Below are positions 1 through 10,731 of a stretch of 64,000 nucleotides of DNA, one piece after another. Source of the stretch: Selaginella moellendorffii. Its lineage: Eukaryota > Plantae > Lycopodiophyta. How positions within the stretch are numbered: the stretch's first letter is position 1; each line of letters starts with the position of its first letter. The notes beneath the pieces were generated by a model. It searched no databases and was not told the DNA's origin. It was given only the letters and a program-made list of their open reading frames with translations. A program made the position numbers and the translations under genes. The stretch is taken from assembly GCF_000143415.4 (NCBI RefSeq), contig NW_003314279.1:2007090-2071089 (forward strand). Direction: 5' to 3'.

Positions 1-374
1 TAAGGGAATGGAGACTTTGGAGTAACAGGATTTTACCATGGGATTCAGCTGCAGGGTTTACTTGAGGTGATGGCAAACTCCAGTGTTGCAAATCTGACAC
101 TTACTGCCTTTGGCACTTCTGGCAGTAGTCCTGGCACACCTGGTCGCTTGGAGGTGCACAGGAAGTGCCCCTCCACACATATCCCCGCCATAGCCATGCT
201 CCTTGTTGACCACTCCAGGTTGACGAGCAAGTCCATGAGGTGAGCTTGGCCATTTTGGAGAATATATATTCCATTTCCCACTGAGGCTGTGGGTGGTAAT
301 GTCTTTCACAGGGTTAGTAGCCTCACGAACTGTCGTTGATTTCTTCGAACATGGCATGGTTGAGATGCTCTAAG

Positions 375-1248
375 ACGAAATGGAAACATCGCTTCTTTTC
401 GTCCAAGAGGAGAAACGAAGAACGAACAATATGGAACGTACCTGAGGAAAATGTCTGAGAAAAGAACGATCCTTTCCAATGTCTGAAAGATTGGAATACT
501 TGAGTAACTCATAAGCTCCACCTGTTGAAGTTAGAAGTTAAAACACAACAGCCAAGAGTGGCAATTCCATTTACTTACTTGGACTGGACTGAGTATGATC
601 AGCACCATCAACGCTACTCCTGCCACCAAATCAGACCAGACGCTTGCAAAGTTGCTTCGATTCTCTGCTCTGACTTCCTCGACCAATTCTAGCCTGTAAA
701 AACAACTTGAGCGAAGAACAAAGAAGCAAAGCCTGGAAACCAAACACTTACGCTTCATCGTGAAGATGCTGCGTTAGTTTCTCGTCGGAAATGGGAGGAG
801 CGATTCCAATCCTGACCTCGAACATCAAACGCTTCTCTTCGTCATCCAGTGGAGGAACCATTCCTTTGGTCACTTGAGAATCCGTGACGTTGAATGCCCT
901 GGCCAGGAATGGTTCGAGCTCGACATATCGACACAGGACTAAAAGCAAAACTGTGAGTGACATAACCACAAGGAGCACAGAAGCTACTCTGCATGACAGA
1001 AGAGGAGCTTAAGTTCCTTCAGTCGGAGCTGGATAGCTTTGGAAAGGCTAGGAAAGCAACCAGAGATTTACTACCTCTTCAACCAGCAGACATCCTGGTC
1101 GAGTCGATCAGGAACGACACGCAGTCATGCATGACGAAGTTTTCCCAGGAAACTTCACCTGGAACATAAATTTGAAGGAAAGAAATCAACTTACTGTTGA
1201 TCTTGCTGTGGAACTTGCAAATCCCCTTTTGAATTTGTTTTCATGGAG
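375..1248 (-). pseudogene. Partial, rearranged duplicate of the DLDG1/CemA-like gene (middle exons plus introns)
   Basis: Colinear similarity to 5034-5860 (e.g. RYVELEPFLARAFNVTDSQVTKGMVPPLDDEEKRLMFEVRIGIAPP vs RYVELVPFAARAFDVTDSQMTKRVVPPLEDEEK); internal deletions, an inverted insert at about 978-1062, no 5' or 3' exons. Confidence 0.85.
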
Positions 1249-1352
1249 GAAATGCACACTAGAGCACCTCTCACTGCACAGATATATTATATACATATAT
1301 GTTGAACTTCTATTTCAATTATTATTCTTAATTAATAATTATAATTAATTTT

Positions 1353-1650
1353 TTAGAAATAATTATATATAGTGACTGTTGGGCTGGTTATGATTTAGAG
1401 TGGTTGAATCAGTTGAATTTCACTCATTATATAGTGAACCACTCTCAGAATTTTGTTGATCCTGTGATTGAAGTTTATACAAATCATATTAAATCGATAT
1501 GGAATGTAATGAAAAAATCACTTCCTCACTATGGTACAACAAAAGTATTATATAAATTTTACTTTCAAAAATATATTTGGTGAAAAATATATATTAAAAG
1601 AAAGGAAGTTACATTTAATATTTTATGTAGTCATATTAAGCTACATAATC
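1353..1650 (+). mobile_element. Degenerate Merlin / IS1595-family (IS1016-like) DDE transposase fragment
   Basis: Translation from 1365: IYSDCWAGYDLEWLNQLNFTHYIVNHSQNFVDPVIEVYTNHIKSIWNVMKKSLPHYGTTKVLYKFYFQKYIW*. This matches the family motifs IxSDxWxxY, HxxVNHSxNFVDP and HTNxIExxW. In-frame stop at 1581; very AT-rich. Confidence 0.8.
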
Positions 1651-1774
1651 AATGCTGTTATAGTAGAATCAATAGTATATTTTATTTTTTACTTTTAAAT
1701 ACTTAAAAATAATATACTAGAACAATGTTTAATTTATAGTAATGAGGAAATCAATGGGGCCGTTGCATTTTTAT

Positions 1775-3160
1775 CTCCAGAATATCCTCATTCAGCCATA
1801 TGCCCAGAGGGGGTCTTTGACAGGATGCCGTCCAAGGACGTGGTCGCGTGGACGGCTGTGGTGAATGCCTACGCCCGCTGACAACGGCGTTGTGAATGTA
1901 TATTCGAGAATAGGCCCGTGAGGAACGTGGTGTCGTGGAACTCCATGATTTTCGCATATGCTCCGACAGGGCATTTCAGGCAAGACGTGGAGCTCTTTCA
2001 AATCATGCCTGCTCACAACGAGTACACGTGGAAGGTTATGATTCCTCGCTATGCTCTCAGTGGCAACACGGGCAAGGCTATGGCTGTGTTCCAGAGCGTC
2101 GGCGCAAGAACGCTAGCTGCCTAGAACGCTCTAATCTCGGCATTTGCCCAGGCTGGGGATTTCTCCATGGTGAAAGATCCCTTTGACGCAAGGCCTGCTC
2201 ACAATATTGTGTCGTGGAAGAAGCGTGATTTCCTGGACAAGTATTCTGAAAAGTTACGCGGATGCATGGAACCTTAACGAGGCGAAGCGACTATGCCAGA
2301 GCGAAGCTCAATCACCTGGAGCGTGATGCTTCAAGCATTTGCAGGGTTTGGGCATGTAATAGATGGCGAGAGTTTGTTTCATGCGAGAAACCTCACTCGG
2401 CGATCCCAGTTGCTTGTCAGCCTGGACCAACATGATTGTTTTATAAGATTGACAAAGCTCGAGCAGTGTTTGATGCTTTGGCGTGCCTTGACATGGTCTC
2501 CTGGAACACCATGGTCGCTTGCTACGCACCCGACGTCCACCACTGCAAATATTTCTTTGAGCAATGCCCGGCCACAACCTGGTGTCTTACAACACTCTCT
2601 TGTCCTCGCTGGTCAGCTGCAGATTATCCGAGGAAGCAGTGAAAATCTTCGTCGAAATGCCAGAGATAACATACAGTGTGATGATGCAAACTTATGCACA
2701 GGAAGGCCAGCTTGCGAGTGCCAGGGACTTCTACGAGACAATGCCGGATCGCAACTCAGTGCTCTCATCACCGTGATCTTGGCACTCGCCCAGCCCAATC
2801 CCCGAGAACAGCCTTTGAGCGATTTGAGGCCTGGAGCTCGATCATCGCAGCCTATGTCCAGAACGGACGCGTGACTGGATCTCTTTCGAGAGATGATCTT
2901 GCTGGCTTTCAAGCCAGACGAGACCATTTTCACGACAAATCTAGCAGGGGCAGCGAGCCAGCTCGAGCAGTGTTGCCGAGATTTTTTGTCCATGATCGCA
3001 GACTTTGGGATCTCTCCCAGGATCGAGCACGCAATGGGGCGACCTGGTCAGCTGGAGCAATCCATGCCATTTGTTCCACAGCGGGGCTTGTGGATGATGG
3101 CTCGAAATGCAAAGGTTGTGGAAATGTCGGCTGGAAAATCCGGGATAATGCCAGGTTGAC
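1775..3160 (+). pseudogene. PLS-class PPR pseudogene
   Basis: PPR motifs (RNVVSWNSMIFAY, DMVSWNTMVACY, HNLVSYNTLLS, FLSMIADFGISPRIEH...MPFVP) are split across all three frames by frameshifts and stops. Confidence 0.85.
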
Positions 3161-3885
3161 AACCAACAATCCTAGTCATCCCGGAGATGCGGGTGTTGTG
3201 CCATGTAAGCTGAAAACCTATCCCACCAGCCAAGGCGCGATAGAGGAACACCGGTATAAAAGAAATGGAGTAGGGGTTATGATTAATCCGGGAGAGCCTG
3301 AAAGGGCGCTTGCATCCCTCGGGTTGCTTAGTAAATGGGGTCGCTGACCCTTGACCACTTGGCCCCCCTCGTCGGTGACCCAGTAGTGCTAAGTCGGTAT
3401 GGTCAACCCCACCGTGACCTACAGGATAGCGCTTGGTACCCAGGGCGCCCAAGGAGGCCCGATATCTTTTGCAAACATTTCTTCGATCTTCCTTTCTGGA
3501 ATTTCTTGGTGCGGCCTTGAAGTATTTTTCACTCATTTCAGAGGAAACGAATGTTTGCGGCACAAGGCGGTTCTCAGACCATCAAAGCTCTGCTTCTCTC
3601 TCTTTCTTTTTCCCGAAGAAGCAAGGGTGGCACTTTCAAGGGGATAGAGAATTGCGTTACACTTGTTTGCAAGTCGGGCAGGTGTTACTGATTGTGAAGA
3701 AAGGTCTCCAAGCTAAAGAGGCTTGAGGAGGGATGTCTTCTACAAGAACAATAGCATCGATGAGGCTAACAAAGAGCTAGAATAAATAATGACTCCAGAA
3801 GCTTATGGATAAATAAAACATTTATAAGTAAACCACCATAAACCACCATTTCTTTTCGAAAAATAAAGGTGAAAAAAAAAGGTAT

Positions 3886-4090
3886 GCCAAAGCTATCTAG
3901 CTCCCACCGAAGAAATTCTTCTTTCTTGCGGAGTGCTGGATCTCGTCAACTTATCCCTGATTTCGAGGAGTGCGAGGCAAATTTTTGTAGGAGCTTTGAT
4001 TACCAGGGGCTACACATGCAAAGCGTCCCAGGAGCGAAAGCTGATGGAAGAAACATACCGCTCCTGAGCTCTTGAAATCGGTGGAGAGCA
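3886..4090. pseudogene. Mosaic of short DLDG1 exon-1 fragments in both orientations
   Basis: About 3886-3957 matches 5919-6005 directly; about 3962-4055 matches the reverse complement of pieces of 6240-6395; 4059-4089 (cgctcctgagctcttgaaatcggtggagagc) matches about 6515-6545 directly. Confidence 0.75.
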
Positions 4091-4257
4091 TAAAACAAAT
4101 TTTAAAATATTTCACTAAACCGGTTAAGTTGCTGAAAACCTTTATCTTAAAGATGGCGAAACAATATTTGGCGAAAAACAAAATATAGGTTTCGTATAGG
4201 GTTTGTGATTGTAAAAGGGAGACAAGAAGAACTTCTCACGAGCAGAGCAGATCGGCG

Positions 4258-4623
4258 ATGGTGGCGGTGGACGTTGAGCGGTATGTTGAGCTCAAGCGCA
4301 TGATCGACGACTTGGTGATCGAAGCTGGTAACAATAGGAGCATCCGGGTGAAACAATACGATAGCTTCGACTTTGCGGACTATGATCACTGGGCCGAGAC
4401 CAACAACAAGAGGGCGCTCAGGCCGGACTGCCATTACATGGAGGACGAGGTGGCGTTGGATCCTCCCCGTGCCGACCGGATCACGCGGATGGTGGCCGTG
4501 GCGCTCCAGCAAGAGGAGGAAGGGAACAGGAGGCAACTGGCTAAGGAGGTGAGCCACTTCACAAGGCAACTGGCGCTTCAGCAACAACAAGCCGGGCCGC
4601 CGAGCAAGAGAGCTCGCCACTGA
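4258..4623 (+). CDS. Hypothetical 121-aa single-exon protein
   Basis: ATG in good context after a purine-rich leader, GC3-rich coding-like composition, C-terminal basic PPSKRARH; no family recognised. Confidence 0.5.
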   Translation: MVAVDVERYVELKRMIDDLVIEAGNNRSIRVKQYDSFDFADYDHWAETNNKRALRPDCHYMEDEVALDPPRADRITRMVAVALQQEEEGNRRQLAKEVSHFTRQLALQQQQAGPPSKRARH

Positions 4624-4774
4624 TCGTCGAAGCATCCCCTGGAGGGATGATCGAAAACAATCTTGTATCACAAGCATTAACAAAACTTGTGAGCAAAGCA
4701 AGCTCCTGCCAAGGAGCAAAAAAGTTTTGTTGTTTGTACTTCCATATACCTGGCAATGAAGAGATCTTTCAGCT

Positions 4775-6592
4775 TTAGTGGCGTTCCATCTCGCGGAATA
4801 TGGCCGTGAGGGACGGAGACAAGCGAGGAAGATTTCGGAAAACCTGTTGCAAAGGTGGTGGTGGTCAGTGTTTTGGTAATAGGAGCAATGTACCCATAGC
4901 TTGAAGCAGGCATCGATGGTCACTGGAACTATCGCCACGAAGGAAGATATGGAAGCCTCGTTGGCCTTCATGCCGTAGTGCTCGAGGAAAAGGTTCACCA
5001 CGGTCACCCAGCCCGACTCGGAATGGTACCTAGAAAGTGGAAACATCGCTTGGTTTCATACTGTTCACAAGGCAAAGAAAACACAAGATGGTACCCGAGG
5101 AATATGTCCGAGAAAAGAATGATAAAGAATGCCTTCCCAATGTCTGAAAGATTGCTGAAGAGACGAATCCCTGAGTAACTCATGAGCTCCACCTGATGGA
5201 AGTGAGAAGTTAAACACAAGAGCCATGAGAATTCCTGTTGTGACGTACTTGCACTGGATTGAGTATGATCAGGAGCATCAACACTACGCCTGCCACATCG
5301 GACCAGACGCTTGCAAAATTGCTTCGATTCTCTGCTCTGACTTCCTCGACCAATTCTAGCCTGGAAGAGCAACTTGAGGGGAGAACAAAGAAGCAAAGCC
5401 TGGAAACCAAGAAACTTACGCTTCGTCGTGAAGATGCTGCGTTAGTTTCTCTTCGGAAATGGGAGGAGCGATTCCAATCCTGACCTCGAACATCAAACGC
5501 TTCTCTTCGTCCTCCAGCGGAGGAACCACTCTCTTGGTCATTTGTGAGTCCGTGACGTCGAATGCCCTGGCCGCGAAAGGTACGAGCTCGACATATCTAC
5601 ACAGGACTAAAAGCAAAGCTGTGAGTGACAAAACCACGAGGAGCACAGATTTCCTACCTCTTTAAGAAGGGGACCAGCACGCAGTCATGCACGACGAAGT
5701 CTGCAAGCCACGGTATCAAAATGAGGCACGCAGCGAACTTCACCTGAAACATAAACACTGGACAAATAAATCTCTCGAGATCTTGAAAGGAAGAACACCA
5801 ACTTACTGTTGATCTTGCCGCGGACCTCGCAAATCCCCTCTCGAACTTGTTCTCCTGGTGCCACTCGAGAGGCTCTTGGAACAAATCCGAGAATGGCCCG
5901 GTTGCTTTCCTAGCCTTTCCAAAGCTATCCAGCTCCGACCGAAGGTACTTAAGCTCCTCTTCTTTCTTGTGGAGTAGCTCCTGCTCGATCTCGTCAACTT
6001 CTCCCCGAGAAGAAACTTCTTTGTCCCTGGATTTCTCCCAGCTCTCACCATCCAGCCAATCTTCCCAGTTATCACTGCCGGGGTCTCGTCCCCTCTTTCG
6101 GTACCAGCGGAGCTCGTTGATGGCGTCAACTCGCTGCTTCCAGGATTTAATCTCCTCGTCGTCGAGCATCATGCGTCCAATCTCGTCCATGGCGGCCTCG
6201 TCGTTGTGCTCTCTCCACCAGTCGAAGTCGTCGAGCAAGAGTTTCTTCCACCAGCTTTCTCTCCTAGGACGCTTTGCATGTATCCTCCATTCCAAGCCCC
6301 TGGCAATTAACCTTCTCTTCGCGCTGGAGAAGCTAGAGTTTCCACTGCCGCTGCCGCTACTAGCTACAAAAATTCGCCTCGCATTCCTCGAGCTCCTGGC
6401 AATCGATCCTCTAGTAGTCCTACAGAAATGCGAGTGCCCGAAGCGATCGGATACCAAAATCCGCTTCCAATTGCTTGGAAACTCTGCTTGAATCCACACG
6501 AATCTCTGGCTCCTCGCTCCTGAGCTCTTGAAATCGGTGGAGAGCTTACCGGGGCGAAGAATTCCATCTCCCCAGGGCTGCTCGCAACGCAT
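4775..6592 (-). CDS. DLDG1: Nuclear-encoded CemA/Ycf10-like chloroplast envelope proton-extrusion protein (DLDG1-like), multi-exon
   Basis: Spliced motifs FSNLSDIGKAFFIILFSDIFLGYHSESGW and VPVTIDACFKLW; last exon VFRNLPRLSPSLTAIFREMERH* (stop 4775-4777); start Met approximate. Confidence 0.85.
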
Positions 6593-6657
6593 TTCTCTCC
6601 GGCATAGAAGCGCATCCTCATAAACCCAAAAACCTAAAAATCGCACCATATCCATTT

Positions 6658-6697
6658 GCCACGTGGCATAGGCCCCTCTAATAATCTGCCACGTGTC
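6658..6697. promoter_or_regulatory. Paired G-box/ABRE elements upstream of DLDG1
   Basis: GCCACGTGGC at 6658-6667 and GCCACGTGTC at 6688-6697, 65-105 bp upstream of the presumed ATG. Confidence 0.55.
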
Positions 6698-6777
6698 TTC
6701 ATTTTTTAACTTTGGAAGAACTTTGAAGAACTTTGGGAAAAAGGTTCATGGATTTCCAAAATCCTCAGTAGTAAGAT

Positions 6778-9700
6778 CTACAACATCGGTGGAGCAGACT
6801 CTGAGCTCTCAGGCACGTCGCTCAAGAATGTATCCCTGCTCTTCACTTCTGCTCGCTCCCTGTCCTCGTCGTCACGACCCGATGATCTTTGCTCTTGCTG
6901 CTGCTCTTCTTGGTCCTGCTGTTCTTGCTGCTGCTGCTGCTCTTGCTCGTGATCATCTTTCTTCTGTTCTCCTTGCTCTCCTCCTCCATCTCCTGTTGCT
7001 GGCGTTGTCGTCGTCGCCTCGCTGCTTGCAAACACCATGCTCCTAAACGTTTCAATCAATCCTCTGGCTCCACCGGAAGAAGATGAAGCAGCGGCGCCTC
7101 TCCCTCCTCCTGGGTCTGTGTAGTCACGACGGCGTGAAACGAGAGTTGGAAGAACTGTTTTTGACGAGGACGAACAATCCAGTTGTTGGTGGTGGACTCT
7201 TTTCGACACCTGGATCACTCTGCTTATACGAGCGAACACCCAAAGAGAGGTTAACAAAGCCATCGTTGCTCTTCGCTCTTTCCGCTCTATGCATGGCTTT
7301 GCTTTTACGTACCTTGCGACTCGGGGAAAATAAAACCGTGGACTTCCTGCTTCTCCTTCTCAACGATTGTAGAATTGGTTGAATAAGGACTCCTACGCAT
7401 GCCCTGGTCATGGATCCAGTTAGAAAGGCGAGCTTGAGCTTGCAAAGAAAGGCCTTTACCTGTCTAAACTTCCCTCCGTGGATGGCTGGCGTGAAGGTGC
7501 ATTCGGCCATCTCTTGCTTTTGCTTCTCTTTTCGCAACGCCTCGACTCTGGCAATCCGTTCTTGTCTATCCAACAAGATCAGTTTGTACCATTGACTCCT
7601 AGTGCTGCAAACAGGAAGGAATCCGAGAGTCAGGAGCATAAAGAGTTTTAAGAAACCGAGAACCAAAACAGTGCTCGTCACGCACCTAAACTTTCTCCTA
7701 CGAGCAGCAAGCGAGCGAGAGAGGCGGCACATCTTAAACTGGAACGGGAACTTCTCGTCCTTCTTCCGTAGCTTGAAAACGTTATGCAAGCCACTGGATA
7801 CAATCTTTTTCTGCAAAGTCGCGTGAAGCAACTCCGAGTGTCAGCTGATCAAACCAAGCGAAAAACGAAACAGTTGAAACCAAGTTCCATTACCTGCGCT
7901 GTTTGCATGAGTTTTTGGAACGTATCGTATGACAATGAACCTTTGCCATCGTCCATGCCCATGACAATCTTAATCTCGTCCACCACTTCGTCCGAGAACA
8001 AGGCAGTGTCGGCTTTTTCGAGATCAACGTAGCCACTCTGAATTTTTTTCACAAAATAGAGCGCGTTAAAGTTCTTCTGTTAGTTGAAACGACACTTCTA
8101 CAAACCTTATCTTTGTCGAGATGATCAAAGATTTGTTTCAACCTCCTTTCCTTGAGGTGATCCAGCAGCTGCCCGGATTTCGTACCAACGTAGTGTGACT
8201 TGGCAAGCTCAATCCTGTGTTGGATATCTCTGTCCATGAGAGACTTCTTCTTGTCCTCTATAGCAAATTTCATCTGATATAGAAACTCCCCGATAGGCAA
8301 ATTCCTCTGCAAAAAGAACAAGACAATGAAACATCCACAACTCAACAAGCTATGAAACGCAAAGAACGAAAAAACGAGTACAAAATCATTCGACAAACCT
8401 CGCCAACAGGCTGTCGGCCGATTGTTGGAGTGAAAAACTCCTGACCCGTGGTCGGATCGATCAGCTTCCGACCTCCGGGTTCCAAAAGCTTTTGCTTCTT
8501 CTCGGCGAGCCTTTCAGCGTACTGCAGCAACCGATCAAAGACAGTCGTGTTGCTTTCGTCGACTTGTCCACCGTCTCCAGTTTTGTTGATGTGAGGATGA
8601 AATGTAACTCTGGACGAAGAACAAGGCGAGGGTGAGAAACACAACCAGAGAGAAGGAAAGTTCTGGTAGAAATAGAAAGAAACAAATAATTTACACACCC
8701 TTCGGGATACCATTGCATGTATTCCGCTTGACGTCGCCTCCGGTGCTCGGCATCGTAAAACAGTTGCTCGAACCGTGTCGTGGTTTGGACGTCACGACGC
8801 TCAAACGAATGCAAGTAGTTTATCCTGGGTTTGAAGGTGCACTCCATAAGCTTGGCTTCCCACAACTGAAAGAAACATCAAGCGTTTACTACGTTTTCAA
8901 GGAATGAAAGAATGCAGAGAACCAGTGTAAGTACCTCATTGCGAAGCTCTTGCAAGTGTTCCTGGTTTTGTTTGTCCTGGACTAGCCTCTCCCACACAAC
9001 TTCCGTTCTCTTCAAACGTTTGGCGAGCTTACTTCATGCACGTAACAGGGAAGGGAGGCTGCTGATTAGAAACAAAAGGAACAGCGAACAAACTAGCTTT
9101 ATAACTGTGTGTTTTGTTGCTGGAAAAGAGAAGAAGAGAAGCAAAGTTTACCTGATCTCTGGCTTGGGAGAGATGAGCTTCAACTCGTTCATCTCGTCCT
9201 CCTGCTGCTTCTTCTCGATTTGCCGCCGCCGCTCCTGGTCCTTAGCAACAGCCTCCTGGTACAAGAGCTCGCCATAGTTTTGGAACTGCTCGGCCTCTCG
9301 TTCTCTGTTTCGCATCAATCGCCTACTTCTCTGAGAGGAAACTTTGAGCGCTAGTTAAGACAAAACGCATTCTTCTTGTTGTTTACCAGTGAAGTAACCG
9401 GTCGATCCTTCACCATCTTCTCATGGTATTGTTCCGCGATCAGCCGTGCTTCTTCCTCGACCCGTTGTTTTTGCCTTATATAGTCAGTATAAAGTCTCAA
9501 GCAGAGAGCTTTCTACACGAAAGGAAAAGGAAAAAAAAAAAAAACTTTGTGAGAATGGATCAAGGTGAAAAAAACGCTCACCATCTTCTCGGATAGCTCC
9601 GCCTTCCTTTTGTGCCTCTTTTCCTTCTTCCCCCTGTCCACGGTCTTGGTAGAAAACGTAAACGTGTGTTGGAGGAGCCTCTCGGAGAACTTAGCTGGTT

Positions 9701-10157
9701 TGATCCCCCTCCTGGCGGCCTGGTACTTCCGAAACTCCTCCAGCGTTTTGGGCTTCTCCATGTAAGCTCTCCTGGCCTGGCTGATAACATCCATGGGGAC
9801 CTGCTTTTGCTTTTGCTGGCCCTTCCTCCCCCGCTGCTGCCCATGCTCCTCGGCGGCGCCACCACCACCGCCACCCTTCCCCTTTGGACTGCCACCATCG
9901 CCGCGCTGATGCTCACGGTTGATGCTCCGGAGGTTGTAGGTGATGTGCTCCGTCAATGGCACCACGAACTGGAGCGGCAGATCGTGCTGCTTGCAAAACG
10001 CGGTGGACACCTGCTCCGGGGAGTCGCCCTGCTTCAACTCGATCTGCTCCACGCGCCCGTCCTCGATCTCCACCGTGATGGAGAGAACCACGCGCGGGTC
10101 ATGGTCATCGGCCACGGACTCTTCGATCTCCCCACCGCTGGGGCTCTCGCTTGACAT
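6778..10157 (-). CDS. Multi-exon coiled-coil/EF-hand protein with repeated (C)TFxP motifs
   Basis: N-terminal VVLSITVEIEDGRVEQIELKQGDSPEQVSTAFCKQHDL; repeats ECTFKPRIN, VTFHPHIN, FFTPTIG, ECTFTPAIH; EF-hand-like QIFDHLDKDK..SGYVDL and DDGKGSLSYDTF; many short GT-AG introns. Confidence 0.75.
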
Positions 10158-10459
10158 CTGGGCGATGGCGATCGACCCACCTCGCAAAACTCAGCTTTGG
10201 ACGCCTCCCGGATCTCTCCTCCTCATCCCCGCGCCAATGCCAATCCTGGATCCTCGCCGCCGCCGCGCCGCGCCGCGATCGAGCTGAGAATGCCGCTGGG
10301 CGCCCTGTGCTAACGGAAAAGAGTGTGCTTACTGTGCTTCCAGTCGCGAGGGGTCGAGACTCTTCGGCGAGGGGCGTTCTCTTTCGACCCCCGGGTCGTT
10401 CGTTACGAGATTCTCGGTGTGACACGCATGCCCTAAAAGCCCGGCGCGCCCCACCGTGG

Positions 10460-10680
10460 CGCGCCACGTGGCCGCAACGGCCACGATCCGCCCAACGAAG
10501 AGCGATTTAACGGAATCTTTTTATAACGGTCAACGAACATTCTGTGAGGATGTGAGCTTTATCCGGGATCGAACCCGCGACGTGTCTAAACCCAGGCGAT
10601 TGGCTAGGGCTAAGCTTTTGGTGGGCATCGAACACCAGCGCGAGCGAGGGGCCGGTGTGCGGGGGCGGGGGATCGAACCC
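10460..10680. promoter_or_regulatory. Divergent promoter with a G-box and two identical B-box motifs
   Basis: CGCGCCACGTGGCC at 10460-10473; GGGATCGAACCC (minus strand GGGTTCGATCCC, B-box consensus GGTTCGANYCC) at 10565-10576 and 10669-10680. Confidence 0.6.
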
Positions 10681-10731
10681 AGTGCCGGTGCGTGTTAACA
10701 CTTTGTCGATTCGATCCGGGGACAGTTGGTC

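Noticed and set aside
1-330. Possible gene fragment at the window start (and a similar unassigned stretch at 3160-3560)
   Set aside because: No frame gave a motif I could assign
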